Assembly (NCBI GenBank): GCA_034780895.1
Contig: JAUZTB010000068.1
Span: 24,437,013 to 24,501,012 of the forward strand
Length of the DNA stretch: 64,000 bases
Direction of reading: 5' to 3'
Source: Rhynchobatus australiae
Taxonomy: Eukaryota
Positions 11,466 to 25,317 of this stretch are shown piece after piece; the stretch's first letter is position 1; each line of letters starts with the position of its first letter. Below the pieces are notes generated by a model, which was not told the DNA's origin, did not search any database, and saw only the letters and a program-made list of their open reading frames with translations. The translations under genes and the position numbers were made by a program.

Positions 11466-13239
11466 TGAGTGATAACGGGTCAAGTCGATCTCTAATAATT
11501 AAAAAGAGATCAGGGCCTCCTAACTGCTGAATTGCATTTTCTTTTCCAAAGTGAATTTTCCTGTTGTCCAGTCCGTTGTTATCTAATATGGCAACCGTTA
11601 GCCTAAACCCTTTCAAGCTAAAAGTACAAATCCTCTTTTACATTGCCTCTGTGCTGTGTCTGTAAAGGGATCTGTTCTCTCCCTAGGACTTCCTGTCCAA
11701 ACCTCAGCAATAGTGACTGACAAGCACACTTTTACAATAGAATCAATGTAGGTGTCCCCTTAAGACACGGGAGCTACTTTCCCAAATATCCTGTGCCTCT
11801 GGCTCCACACTGACAGCACCTGGGATAGTCAGCACGTGGAAGCCGTATTAGTTAAGTAAGACAATATTGCAAATTCCTGGGCCTTATCGGGTACCTACAT
11901 TTGTGCCTGAAGCAGAGGCAGGAAGTCGAGCTGGATATTCACAGACTTGGATAGTGGAAACTATTTTAAGCTAGTTTAAAACTTATGGAAAGAAAACTTA
12001 TTGATTATGCCAATGGAGGATTTCATCGGACTCATGTTTCAGACTTCAGGTTCTGCCACAACAAAGGTAAGGTGAACTGGTTTTGATCACTTGAGGGAGA
12101 AGGAAAGAAACTTTCTTGGTTATTTTCTTTACCCGTACTGGTGTTGTGTTTGTCTCTTGTTTTTTGTTTGCCTTGCTCAGAAGATTACATGCTGGGGGGA
12201 CTTGGACAAGTACAGCCAAGGTGCTCCAGCCTGCAGCAGTAAGAGTGCAGCCTGGCTTGTTGGACCAGGTACAGGCCGATCTCAGGTTACCAATGGGCTC
12301 CATTTTTACAAACATCCTTAAGGCGATTTTGTCCATATGTCAGAAAATACACAAAATCACTGGATACCTCCACAGTGCTATAATGAATGGCATCAAAAGT
12401 ACATAAGACTGATAAGAAGGAACAATTACTAAAAGTGGAGAGAGAGAGAGAGGAAACTAGTTCTGCTGTTAGTAGTTCTGCTGTTAGTTAGCATGTCAAA
12501 CTTTTAAATTTAGTAATATTATGGGACCTCGTTCATATGTCGGGGGTGTCCATAATAGAAGACAGCCTGTAATCCATTCTTGGCTGTTGTTTCCATAGAT
12601 ACATATTTCAGCTTCTCTCTTCAGAATGAACACTGGTAAAATCTCATTTCTGATCATTCGCCTTCAAGGCTCAAATGCTGATTGACTTACTTTCTGGAGA
12701 CGTACTGAACAATCACTTTTGCCACGTTCCTGTGGTATTTCCAGGTGATGCCCCAGCGCCATCCATTTCCCAACTGTATTTGCCGATCCTGACCCTTTGT
12801 TGCTAGCTCTTATAATGACTGTAACTTAATACTCGAGATGATCTTGGAATACTTCTTCCTGATGGTTGCTTATTCTTTTCCCTGCTATCAATCACTTTCT
12901 TGTGCGTGGACATTGGCCTTTAGGTCTTTTTTTAGGACTCTAAATGTGTCCTGTGCCTGGTGCTAGCTCCCAAGCTGAAGAAGGATCTGTTCTCCATCCT
13001 GGGACATCCTATTCTGCTCCCCTCCATTAAACCCCAGCCTGTGTGTTTCACAGATGGCAGCTGCACACTGGACTTGCACCAGCAATAGCATTCACCTGCA
13101 CACTTTGGGAAGAAGGTTGGTGCTTTTCAAGAGATCTCTCCAAGGCTGCCTTAGATGGCATGGGAATGGTGGGGATAGGCTTGTGGTTGGATTGTGGAAA
13201 ATGGAGGGAGTAAACAGGGGTGGGATGGAATAATGGAAG

Positions 13240-14125
13240 ATTATGGAGAATGGAAGAGTAGACAGCCAGTGCCTCTTTCCCAGGGCACCAATGCTCAAGA
13301 CAAGAGGGCATGGATTTAAGGTTATGGGTGGGAAATTCAGGGGAGATGTCAGAGGGAGGTTTTTCACCCAGAGTGGTTGGTGCATGGAATGTGCTGCCTG
13401 GGGTGGTGGTGGAGGCAGATACGTTGGACAGGTTCAAGAGATTTTTGGATAGGCATATAGAGGAATGTGGAATAGAGGGATATGTGGGAGGAAAGGGTTA
13501 GATAGTGTGAGGGTTGCTTTGATGGGTGGCACAACATGGTGGGCTAAAGGGCCTGTATTGTTCTATAAGTCCCCATGGCCTGACAGAATATTCCCCAGAC
13601 TGCTCTGCGAGGCAAAGGAGGAGATTGCTGAGCCTTTGACTAGGATCTTTGAGTCCTTGTTGTCCATAGGAATAGTACCAGAGGATTGGCAAATGTTTTC
13701 CCCTTATTCAAAAAAGGTGGTAGTGATAGTCCAGGGAATTATAGACCAGTGAGCATAACATCTGTGGTAGGTAAGCTGTTGGAAAGGATTCTTAAGAGAT
13801 AGGATCTATGGGCATTTAGAGAATCATGGTCTGATCAGGGACAGCTAGCATGGCTTTGTGAAGGGCAGATTACATCTCACGAGCCTGATAGTGTTCTATG
13901 AGGAGGTGACCAGACAGATTGAGGGTAGTGCAGTAGATGTGCACTTATTTAGTGCAGTAAATGCTGCTTTCTACAGGCAAGCCAATTCTAATTTCACATG
14001 GACAAGCCTCCCTGGATCCCATGGCCTCTGACCTTCTGCAGAAGCCTGGCATTTGGAACCTTGTCAAATGCCTTGCTAAAATCCATGTAGACTACATATA
14101 CTGCACTACCCTCATCAATTCTCCT
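13240..14125. mobile_element. CR1 cluster: 3' end (+, 13240-13565), RT segment (+, 13565-13940), inverted RT segment (-, 13960-14125)
   Basis: TRGHGFKV.GGKFRGD; KSPWPD.IFPRLLCEAKEEIAEPL...VPEDW; minus strand IDEGSAVYVVYMDFSKAFDKVP. Confidence 0.85.
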
Positions 14126-14127
14126 GG

Positions 14128-15065
14128 CCGTGGAGGAGGCCAAGGATTGACATATCAGTGAAGTGGGAGGAGGAGATGGTGACTGGCAACAGGGAGATGC
14201 AGATCGTGGGTATGGACAGCGTGCAGGTGTCTGCAAAGCAGTTGTCTAGTCTGTGTTTGGTCTCACCAATGTAGAGGAGGTCATACTTAGAGCACCAAAT
14301 GCAATAAATGATACGAAGGGAGGTGCAGGCGAATCTGTCTCAACTGAAAGGACTGTCTGGGTTCCTGGTTAGGGGTGGTGTGGAGGAAGTGTTGCATCTG
14401 TGGCAGGGGCAGTGGAAAGTTCGTGGGATGGGTTGAGTGGGGTGGGGGGAAGAGTGAACTGGGCAGTCACAGAGGATCCCTGTGAAAGGCAGAAAGGGGT
14501 GGGGAAGAGAAGATATGCTTGGTAGTGGGATCCTGTTGGAGATGTCAGATGTGTTGGATTTGTAGGTTGGTGGGATGAAATGTGAGGACAAGGGGGACCC
14601 TATCCCTGTCGGGTCTGGGAGGGGTGGAAGTGAGTGGAAGTGCAGGAAATGACAGATATGGGTGCGAGCTCTCACAGTTGGGGGGGGGGGTGGAAAGCCC
14701 CAGTTAGAAAAGAAGTTGTACATCTTGGATGTCCTGGAGTGGAAAGCCTTGTCATGGTAGCAGATGTGGTGGAGATAAGAAATTGAGAAAAAGGATAGCG
14801 TCCTTTCAAGAGACAGGGTGGGAGGATCTATAATTGAGGTAGCTGTGGGCGTCAGTGGGTTTGTAGAAGATGTTGGGTGGATAAGGAATCTCCTGAGATG
14901 GAAAGATTGAGGAAGGGGAGAGAGGTGTGAGAGATAGTCCAAGTGAATTGGAGAGCAGGGTGAAAATTAGTGATGAAATCTATGAAATTGTCGCATTCTG
15001 CATGGGTACAAGAGGTGGCACAAATGAAGTCATCGATAGAGCAGAGAAAGATTTGCCAGAGGAAG
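14128..15065 (-). mobile_element. Penelope-like element: RT C-terminus plus GIY-YIG endonuclease, decayed
   Basis: SIDDFI...NFHPALQFTWTISHTSLPFL.LSISGD (PLE RT), FHSRTSKM..FF..WGFP, and IYCIWCSKYDLLYIGETKHRL at ~14310-14245 (GIY-YIG). Confidence 0.88.
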
Positions 15066-15215
15066 TGTAGATGTGGATACATTTACAACATTTAAAAGAC
15101 ATTTGGACATGTACATGGATAGGAAAGGTTTAGAGGCATACAGGCCAAATGCAGGCAAATGGGCTAGCTAGGTTGGCATGGATGAGTTGGGCTGTTTCTG
15201 TGCTGTATAACTATC
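15066..15215 (+). mobile_element. CR1 3' tail
   Basis: acatttaaaagacatttggaca...gaaaggtttagagg...tgtttctgtgctgtataactat. Confidence 0.8.
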
Positions 15216-18200
15216 TCTTAGCAGAGTTGGGAATGACTGGAAGCACCGATTCAATTAAAAAAAATTGGAGGGGAACTACTTTGTATGGCAATTCTTAGAA
15301 GGATCACATAGAGGAGCATCAATTGATCAATTAAGAGACTATGAAGTGGTTGTCAGGAGGAGGTTTCATGCATTTGTTTCAATTGATACGTTATCTCCAG
15401 ACTCAAGTCTCAAGAGCTGCTCCTGACCACCTGGATATCACTTTGTTGCCACCTCAGGTGGGTCTGGCTTGCTGGTGGGACATNNNNNNNNNNNNNNNNN
15501 NNNNNNNNNNNNNNNNNNNNNNNNNNNNNNNNNNNNNNNNNNNNNNNNNNNNNNNNNNNNNNNNNNNNNNNNNNNNNNNNNNNAGGAAACATGATCAGTA
15601 CAACTGGTGCTCATGTCCACTGGAAAGCAGCAAGCTGAAACACCTCAGAAAGAGCTCTTCATCATGATGTGTCTTTGGCAAGCGGAAGCTGGTTGTAAAC
15701 ATGTCTAACAATGGCTGTGTATTACTGTAGAAATTTAACTCCACCTATGTATTGCATGCATGTAATTACAGAACACTTGGTGACAGAACATCCAAGTATT
15801 CCTCATGTCTGGGTTTGAGGTTAGCACAAATTTCTAAAATAAAAGATTTGCAGAGTTTTAGGAAATGAGCGTGATACAGTTTGAACCCAATTTCCTCTGG
15901 GTACACAACCATAATACTGATTCATCAAAGGGATAACCACACAAATGAGAGCTCATCATGAGTAATAACCATTTGTGCAGGTAAGAGGGCGTGTGCCATT
16001 CATGAATGCTATTGTGAGGTATTATTTAGAGAATAATGCTGCCTCTGTGATATTGGGAGGGTCTGATAAATTGCAGGAATCTGTAAATGCATAAATCTAC
16101 TCAGTATAATGTGGATAACTCTGTCTCCATTGCATTATAGTCAGCCTTACTAGAGTCTATAATCTCTCTCAGTAAGAGCTTTGTGTTTCTTCCATATGCT
16201 CAATCATATTCTNNNNNNNNNNNNNNNNNNNNNNNNNNNNNNNNNNNNNNNNNNNNNNNNNNNNNNNNNNNNNNNNNNNNNNNNNNNNNNNNNNNNNNNN
16301 NNNNNNNNNNNNATACATGCTGGTGTTTCATCAGGAAGTTACATCAAACTACTTGCAATATTTTGTTTAAAATTACATTTGGATCAGTGGATGCTTTTTT
16401 GATGAATATATACATGAGTTTAAAGAAAAACATTCAAAACTAAAATGTGTATAATAAATTCAAGTATATTAAAAAAAACTTACAAAACATTTCATTGGAG
16501 TAATGAAGCCAGTAAAGAGATTATATTGGGTAACTGAAAGCCAAGTTGAAGAGAAACGTGAGAAAGTTTTGTATGAACAATTTAGTTGGATAGATTAAGA
16601 GTCTCATTGCCATTACGCTGAAAGTCACATGTTGAATACAAGTCAGAAGTATAATAAAGGAATATCATTGGGAATTTTAACTCCCAGATTGGAACAGACC
16701 AATTGGAAGGTGGAATGAAAGGTTTGGTGCATTTTAATGGATGGCATCCCTAAAATGCAATAGACAAGCAAATTATCTGAAGCAAGTACCAAAAGACCAC
16801 TTAACCTATCACAAAAGTCACTTGAGGTGGATGATAATCTGAGGACACTGAGTTAGGAAATGGGGTAAAGGGGCGGAAACCAAGTGGTAGCAAACCAACT
16901 CTTCCTTTTGAGAATCAAGGGAGCACTTTTACTTCTTCTGATCTCATACGTTAAGTTATGACCCTATCCATCCATGTCTAAGTTCAATGTCCAGTCATCA
17001 AAATCGCTCAGTATATGGTAAAATGGCCATTTAACTGTTGGAGAAGGTTTGCTAAATAGGGCCATGGCTCACTTAAATTCTTGAGGTTTCCAGCTGAGGC
17101 AGGTGCATTTGCCGATTTAAAATATTATGACAGCTTTTGCTGAAGATTTTACATCCAAAAGGCTTGAAGGGAGAAAATTAGGAGCTGAATGATTTGTATC
17201 CATATTTGTTCCAATCCACATTGTTCTGGGAGTTTTGTCTCCTTTGATTCACCAAAGAAAAGGCAGTTGGACAATAAAATAATGTTGATTGCTATTTTAC
17301 CATAATTAAGCCAAATTTCAGACTGAAAGGTGACAGTGCTGATTCCTGACAGTGTTGAGTTCATTGCATCATGAGCTCCATAAAAGAGTTAAAATTAAAA
17401 ATTATCCAAAGCTTTTTTTCATCCTTTACCCGGATAACTTCATAATTATGATTCTGCAACTTGCCATCTACTTCAAATCACAAAAGAATCCTCGTTTGCT
17501 TGTTTCGCCTAGTCAATTCATTCCCTTAATCTTTCCACCACAAGCCTTCAGATATTTTAGCAGAACAAACTTCTTGATGCAAAGTTCACTTGTGGACTAA
17601 ATTCACACCACCATTCACTTCAACCCTACAGTGGTTGCAAATGGCCATCACTTTACTTCTTAAAGCAGTGGGGTGCTTATGCTTCATTCTGCTTACCAAA
17701 ACACTGTCCAAGAACTTAATTCTCCCTAGTGGTGAGGGATCCTAGAGGAAAATTATTTGTGCATATTTGCTTGGTCTTGTTCTTCATACAACTTCAGCCT
17801 TGTGTGCAGTAAAATGTGAAAACCTGGGGCCTTAGTACAAACCCAACATGGGCCTCCCATCTATTATCACTTTAACATGTATTTTTACACACATTAGCAT
17901 TTCTAGTCTAAAACCATTACCTTTTGTGTGTGAGATGGGAGGCAACCTGTTCCCAATTCCAGGGGGGGGGTGTTCACCAAGACAATAGATGACTTTTCCT
18001 CTCAGCAGCATCTTCCTATCCTGTGGAGACCTTTCCTCTGCAGTCTCAGCTGCCTTGGGGTAATAAGGAGAAGATTGGTGGTGGAGGCTAATGGTTGTCC
18101 TGCAGTTGATCAGTGGGGAGTGATTTGCTGGCCAGTGTGCAGTAGAGTATAACTAAGGGAAAGTGGTGGTAAGATTATAGTGTGGAGACTGAGGAGATGA

Positions 18201-20110
18201 TCAGAGAGCTGGGGGGGGGGGAGAAATCATTAGAATATGCTGGGAAGATGATTGGAGAGCCTAGGGAGAAGCTCTTGAGGGCTGGGAGGAGAATGGAAGG
18301 AGACTGAGAAAGTCAGGGTAGAGGTTAGTGAGGAGATTAGGGATTCGAGGAGAAGACTGAGACATTTCTGAGAAGATCATGGAAAGGGGCAGAAAATGGT
18401 CAGTGGTGGAGACAGGTTAAGTATTGGTAGGAAAAGATTCAGTGAGCCATGGAGGACATCAGAAGGAAGTAGAAGCTGTTTCTGAGATGTAGGAAGTGGT
18501 TAGTGGAAGATGTAAAGCGAATGCATGAATTTAATTAATGGATCCTCAGAACCTTCACTTTTGGGTTCCCTGGAGACAAGCCAGGTAGGGTTATGATAGC
18601 TAAGGCCTGTGGTATTCATTATTTGAACATGCACAGTAAAAAAAAAAGCAGACAAATAATTAGTACAAAAAATGTAAGTAATCTGTTGCACTGGTTGGTG
18701 ACAATGTACTATATGTACCCAATGGCTAAGCAAATAGCTTTCTGATAAGATCTGTCTATAAAGCTTTTATATGTGCTTAAATATCTTTCATGTCCCAAAG
18801 CACCAAAACCAATTACTCAAAAATCACTCTTGGTTTCTACAAATTCTACTTAAAAGCTGCCTTCCACTTCAGTGGATTTAGCCTAATCTTTGATAGACAG
18901 ACACTGGGCTAGAATGAAATGGCACCAATTAATGACATTCAAGTTGGCTCCAAAGCCAAGCTACCTATTTACTCTGTTTGCCTCAGGCAATACTTCCCTG
19001 GGTGTAAGACAGTCCCCACATTTCTAAACCTGGTTGTCTTATGTCATTTTCCTTAATAGACTTATGGATGCTGCAAAAACTGGCAACAGTATGCAGACAA
19101 AATTTGTTAAATGATAGATTAGTTTCATTGGTTGAGTATGACTACAACTTGTCAGGTTCAGAGTAAAATTTTGGCAATGGAGCAGACTGAAATTTCACAA
19201 GTCTTGGAACTGCAGCATGAGCCAGCTACACTGTGAAGATCATTGTTTCTAACACTTGCTTTTTGCAACTATTATCTGATTAAACACATCCTGCCAAGTA
19301 TGTTATTCACTTGTGGGTGAACATGTAATTAATAATTAATCAAGGTTACTGGGCTCTCCCATTACGGATGATTATTAAGGGTACTTTCCAACCAGTTTCA
19401 TGCTCCTGGCCTGATTTCTTTGCTTGTACACCTTAATTTTTTCTGACAAGAGGCCAGAATTGTAAGAGCAAAGATGACAGTTGTAAGGCAGGCTAAACAG
19501 GTGTAGGCAGCCCATACAGATAGGGAGGGGCAAGTAGATGAAGGGATCTGAAAACAAGGATGAGAATGTTACAATAAAGGGGTTGCCGGAGCAGAAGCAA
19601 TATAAAACAATGCACACAGGAATGCTAAATGCACACAGGATGATGCAACTTAGGGTATGGACAGTGGAATTTTGGCCATGTTACAAGGCTCATGAACATT
19701 AAAGCATTGTGGTGTTCACTAAAAATCATTAATACACTGGTGTTCAAAACAGTATTTAAAGACCCACATTTTTAAAATACCCTATTCTATCTTTATGAAC
19801 ACCTTAACATGCTTCACATACAATAAAAAATTAATATATGCTATGTAGACAAGCACATGGTCCTTGAAATTTGATTGTTCCTACTTTTGGTGCACCAAAA
19901 CCTTGTTACAGTTAATTCTAGCAGAACAAAGGTATGTTGCTGCCCCCACCTCCCCACTCACACACCTCTTCATCATGAGCAGGGTCTCACTCTGACTTGC
20001 AGGGTGCTTAAAGAAATGGGAACTGGCACCTGTGATTCAGGGTTGTGTCCAGGTCTGGAGGTTGAAATGATGATAGTGTGGTTTGGGTAGCAGCAGATCA
20101 TTTAATTACT

Positions 20111-20244
20111 GTCTTCCAGATGAAGGGTCTTGACCCAGAATGTTGACTGTCCTTTTCCCTCCACAGATGCTGCCTGATACAGAGTTCCTCCAGCACCTTG
20201 TTTTTTTGCTCCAGATTCCAACATCTGCAGTCTCTTGTGTCTCC
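20111..20244 (+). mobile_element. Penelope-terminal short unit with hammerhead-like motif
   Basis: cagatga-agggtcttgaccc-agaa-tgtt-gactg...ccagattccaacatctgcagtctcttgtgtctcc. Confidence 0.75.
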
Positions 20245-20814
20245 ACTGGAGAGATTGCCCAGTGTGCAAGCTTAGGACATTGTTGACTCGACAAGAGAGA
20301 ATGCCATTTAACCTTCTGTCGCAGCCTTTCATTCAGCACATTCACCTGTGGTCCACATTCACCCATCCGGACTGCTCCATCAATTGGCCTTGGGCATCAG
20401 TTTAAAGCCAACTCATCCAGGGCAAGAGCTTCCCATTGTTCATCAAGGATAGCCATAACAAAAATCAAAATGAAAGGGAGCAAGCGTCCAGCAGTTATAC
20501 TGCTGCCATAGAGGCAACACTGCAATATTACCCCAGGATGACTGAATCCACCAATAAGATTGTGAAAAGAAAAAAGGCACCAAGGTGCTTAACTCTACAG
20601 ACAAACGTTATAATAGACTGTTCATGTATTATTTGATTCTGCTTTGACATAAATGATTCTCAATACAATATATAACATTCAGATACATTCTCACTGAGTT
20701 CACAATACATGTTTTAGTGCGCACAGATAAGAAAGGTTGGTGTGGCAGGTGCTGGCATCATTGTCTACCCCAAAATGTCTCAGCTGGAGGGGTTGCCAGC
20801 ATCATGCACCTCAT

Positions 20815-21220
20815 GACAAAGAAAATAGAACAAAGAACACTACGGCACAGGCCTTCCGCCCACAACATTGTGCCGACATTTTATGCTGCTCTAATGTCTA
20901 TCTAAACCTTCCCTCCCAAACATTAACCCATTCATCTGGCTATCTAAGAGTCTCTTATATGGCCCTAGTATATCTGCCCCCACAATCTCTGATGGTAGTG
21001 CATTCCACGCACCCACTACTCTCTGTGTAAAATACTTACCTCTGACATCCCCCTTATACCTTCCTCCGATCACCTTAAAATTATGGCCCCTTGTGTTAGC
21101 CATTTTCACCCTGGCAAAAAATCTCTGACTGTCCACTTGATCTATTGCCTCTTATCATCTTGTGCACCTCTATCAAGTCAACTCTCGTCCTCCTCTCCAA
21201 AGACAAAAGCCCTAACTCTA
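20815..21220 (-). mobile_element. CR1 3' end
   Basis: TRGHNFKVIGGRYKGDVRGKYFTQRVVGAWNALP plus tail. Confidence 0.9.
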
Positions 21221-21559
21221 TGAAAATGTTGATCGTCACTACACTGTGAATAATACTTTTCCGATGAAAATGATTGTTTCACCACAGTGCATTATGTGGT
21301 AATGCCATTGTTTGGTGGAAGTCAGAGCTGCCTGCTATTCTGGTAAAGTATGAGTCTGACATAGTGAGAAGCTGAGTCATCTTGAAATTTTTCCTTCCCA
21401 CTTCGAGTGCTCTTGCAATATTTATGGCTACATCTGTCGAGAGGTGGGGAGCCTCTGACGAGAGGCTGTGAAATATGAGCAAAGCTGCACGGTTAAACTG
21501 AACACCTGCTCTGCACCACGCATTCTTCAGGAACCCTCATTAAGCACGGAATCGAAAGC

Positions 21560-21920
21560 AACAGAAAGAGTATCAGAGAGATACAGCATGGAAACCAGTC
21601 CTTTGACCCACTGCATCTGCACCAAACATCAAACACCCATTTTTACACTAAACCTACCTTAATCCATTTTATTTTCCCCACATTTCTATCAACTCTCCCT
21701 AGATTCTACCACTTATCTGTGCATAAGGGGCAATTGACAATTGCTAATTAAACCAGCAGCTCGCATATTTTTGGGACTTGAGAAGAAACCAGAACACCGG
21801 GGGGGTAACCCACATGGTCACAGGGGAAACTCCACAGAGGTTACACTGGTGTTCAGGACTGAACCCAGGTTACTGGAGCTGTGAGGCAGCAGCTCTACGA
21901 GTTGTGCTACTGTGTCACCC
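21560..21920 (-). mobile_element. V-SINE (HE1-like) with CR1-type tail
   Basis: Reverse complement of a gctgcctcacagctccag head, V-domain, and ccatgctgtatctct tail. Confidence 0.75.
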
Positions 21921-22369
21921 TACTTCCATTGTTCTATTGTGCACCTCAATGGTCAGTTAGTAAAATGGCTTAAAAATTTCATATCCATAGGGCATTGAGG
22001 GTGGACTTACGTATGTGTCTTAAAAATTTAGACTGTCAATGCATCACCCTACTTTGTGTTAATCTGATCAAAATATAGTGATGTCCATTGCATCAAGTAC
22101 AATGGTAAATAGCCATCATTGATGTGCAGCTCTTGACAATACTTTATATCTGTAAAGTGGACATCTGCCTAACATATTTTGTGTGGAGGACAGAGTCCTT
22201 TAAACTTTGCCCACTCTTCAGGAAATACTGTGTATAGTAACATGCCATTTAGGTAATTAGAACAAGGATTCATTTATGCATGCATTATAATCAGTAGAGG
22301 TAGAATTACAAAGCAGGATGTAGAAGAATATTTTGCAATATCGGAAGAATATCTCTCTCAGCTGATTAT

Positions 22370-23290
22370 TGGTAAATTGGTAAAGTGATACATTGTTTTT
22401 TTTATTGTCACATGTACCAAGGTACAGTGAAAAACTTTATTTTGCATGCCATCGATACAGATCAAGTGTTGCAGTTACAGAGAAAGTGCAATGCAGGCAG
22501 ACAATATGGTCCAAGGCCATAACGAGGCAGATTGTGAGGTCAAGAATCCATTTTATCATACTAGGGGAACGTTCAATAGTCTTATAACAGTGGGATAGAA
22601 ACTGTCCTTGAACCTGTTCGTATGTGCTTTCAATCTTTTGTTTCTTCTGNNNNNNNNNNNNNNNNNNNNNNNNNNNNNNNNNNNNNNNNNNNNNNNNNNN
22701 NNNNNNNNNNNNNNNNNNNNNNNNNNNNNNNNNNNNNNNNNNNNNNNNNNNNNNNNNNNNNNNNNNNNNNNNNNNNNNNNNNNNNNNNNNNNNNNNNNNN
22801 NNNNNNNNNNNNNNNNNNNNNNNNNNNNNNNNNNNNNNNNNNNNNNNNNNNNNNNNNNNNNNNNNNNNNNNNNNNNNNNNNNNNNNNNNNNNNNNNNNNN
22901 NNNNNNNNNNNNNNNNNNNNNNNNNNNNNNNNNNNNNNNNNNNNNNNNNNNNNNNNNNNNNNNNNNNNNNNNNNNNNNNNNNNNNNNNNNNNNNNNNNNN
23001 NNNNNNNNNNNNNNNNNNNNNNNNNNNNNNNNNNNNNNNNNNNNNNNNNNNNNNNNNNNNNNNNNNNNNNNNNNNNNNNNNNNNNNNNNNNNNNNNNNNN
23101 NNNNNNNNNNNNNNNNNNNNNNNNNTGTTGTCATGACACCATACTACCAGGCTCTCTATTTCCTTCCTGTACTCTGACTCATCATTATTTGAGCTTCACC
23201 CCACTATGATGGTGTCATCTGAAAACTCATAGATGGAGTTAGAGCAGAATATGGTTATGCAGTCATGAGTCTACAAGGAGTAGAGTAGTG
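22370..23290 (-). mobile_element. Rex1/Babar 3' portion spanning a gap
   Basis: LKAHTNRFKDSFYPTVIRLLN at 22650-22570; ..F.DDT region at 23200-23290; tail tcactgtaccttggtacatgtgacaataa. Confidence 0.85.
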
Positions 23291-23444
23291 GTAATTTGTT
23301 GTAATGATTGTACTATGGAGAGGGTTAGCATTAGGGATTACGATTTTGCAAGCTACATGGGAGAAGAATCCCTCTATCTGAGTGTCCCACATTGTCTGTT
23401 TGGATGACACCTCCCTCCTCTGCTCAGCTGGGCGATTATCTTGT

Positions 23445-23845
23445 CAGCACTCAAGGGCTTGAATTATAGGGAGAGTTGGGAAGGTTAGCACTTTATTTAT
23501 TGGAGCGTAGGAGACTGATGGGTGATCTTATAAAATCATGAGGTGAATAGATAGAGTGAACGCACACAGTTTTCGTCCCAGAGAAAGGGAATCATAAACT
23601 AGAGGGCATAGGTTTAAGGAGAAAGGGGAAAGATTTAAAAGGGACCCGAGGGGCAACTTCAGGAACATAACAATAACAGCACTTAAAAGACATTCTGATA
23701 GGTACATGCCTAGGAAAGGTTTAGAGGGATATGGGCCAAATGTGGGCAAATGGGATGAGCATAGATGGGCATCTTCGTCAGAATGGACAAGTTGGGTCAT
23801 GGGTCCCGTTTCTGTGCTGTATTACTCTGAATCCATGACTCCATT
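23445..23845 (+). mobile_element. CR1 3' end
   Basis: actagagggcataggtttaagg...gtttctgtgctgtattactctga. Confidence 0.85.
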
Positions 23846-24384
23846 ATGCAGGTAGTCCCTCTAAATATGTGATATACATATGACATATGGCTACGTGCAT
23901 AGAGAGAATTGAATAAATAATATGCATGAGTTTTAGCAGCTCTCCGTGTCCTTTGTGATTCAATATATTTCAGGTACTATAAGCAGTTAGGAGCAGGAAC
24001 CACATGGACATTATAAATTGGTAATGAGGATTAAAGTGTAGGGCATGTGTGAAGAGGAAAGGCGAATGGACTTTGTGTGGAAAAGAATGGACTTTGAGTC
24101 AAGCAAGAAGAGACTTACCTGCAAATGGATGGCACTGGTGACCATAGGGGCCATGTGAGGAAGCTGCAGCAGTGTTGAAATTAGCAGCAGCTAACCCTGA
24201 GCGAGCACTGGCAACTGTGGACATGGGAGGGAATGCTGGCAAAAACTCCAGGTGAGAATGGGGAGCAAGATTGCTTCAGACATTCCTGGCAGGTAATTAG
24301 GGAACAGACCAACACAACTGTTGCAGAGAAAATTCATGCCATACAGTTACATTGGGGTAAAACTAATTTGTTTCTCTTGCTCAT

Positions 24385-24480
24385 TCTGACAAAGGGTTTT
24401 GAACCTGAAATATTAACTCTTTCCCTTTCCACAGATGCTCCTTGTTTCCAGCATTTTTCACATTTCCAGCATCTGCCTTA
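24385..24480 (+). mobile_element. Penelope-terminal short unit, degenerate
   Basis: ctgacaa-agggttttgaacct-gaaa-tatt-aact...tccacagatgct. Confidence 0.6.
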
Positions 24481-25293
24481 TTTTAAATTTCAATCAACTT
24501 ACAGTGTGACTGTGCAATGGGAATTGTACAGAATTCTTGACGGATGCAACAACATTGTGAAGAAAGGTATTGCGGACTTCCCCACACTGGCATATGTACT
24601 CATCATTTCCAAATATCCAGCCATGAAAAATAGATCAGGAATGGGGAAAATAGTATCAATATTTATAAAAATATTTCTACTGGCAAGAGTGATTATTTTT
24701 TCATAATGGTCGTGCTGATTTGTCTTGAGGTCTCAACCAAAGTATGTGTGGCGTTCATGATGACGGTACACATTGAGGCTTCAATTTCCAACCAGTCTGA
24801 TTTAGGCTTGTTTGGATGTCTTGTCTGGTTTTACAGTATCTGCTTCTCATCCTCTATTTGTTGTACTAAGCGATTGCTCTGTTTGCAGGTATATTATGAT
24901 TAAATGGTAGAAAGATCAATGTATTTCCAGAATGTTGTCACAATGTTGAGCAAAGAGCAAGCTCACAGAGAACCCAAATGCGGCACACTGGTACAAGACT
25001 GGAGTCAGGATNNNNNNNNNNNNNNNNNNNNNNNNNNNNNNNNNNNNNNNNNNNNNNNNNNNNNNNNNNNNNNNNNNNNNNNNNNNNNNNNNNNNNNNNN
25101 NNNNNNNNNNNNNNNNNNNNNNNNNNNNNNNNNNNNNNNNNNTCTCTGGGAAGAAACTTTGGAATAAGACATATAGTTCATCTGCTGACTGGCTTTCTCT
25201 CTGCTTCAGAGAAACAAGCAGAGAATTATCAGTTTTCTAAAGGAGGAAAGAATTTTGTTCTTTCTCAGATTAATAAAGGTTAAATAAGACACA

Positions 25294-25317
25294 TTTATTT
25301 ACTTGAAAATATTTATT
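25294..25317 (-). terminator. Candidate polyadenylation signals of the GJB3-like gene
   Basis: Two AATAAA on the minus strand (25317-25312 and 25299-25294) followed by GT-rich gtgtctt, at the end of a repeat-poor AT-rich tract downstream of the stop codon. Confidence 0.4.

Noticed and set aside
12459-12488. Tandem duplication of tagttctgctgttag; also (GA)n at 12438 and (TAT)n at 48820
   Set aside because: Ordinary slippage repeats.
24233-24706. 157-aa ORF (also 41812-42285 and 40187-40639)
   Set aside because: No recognisable domain or splice context; 24233 and 40187 read through repeat fragments; consistent with chance ORFs.
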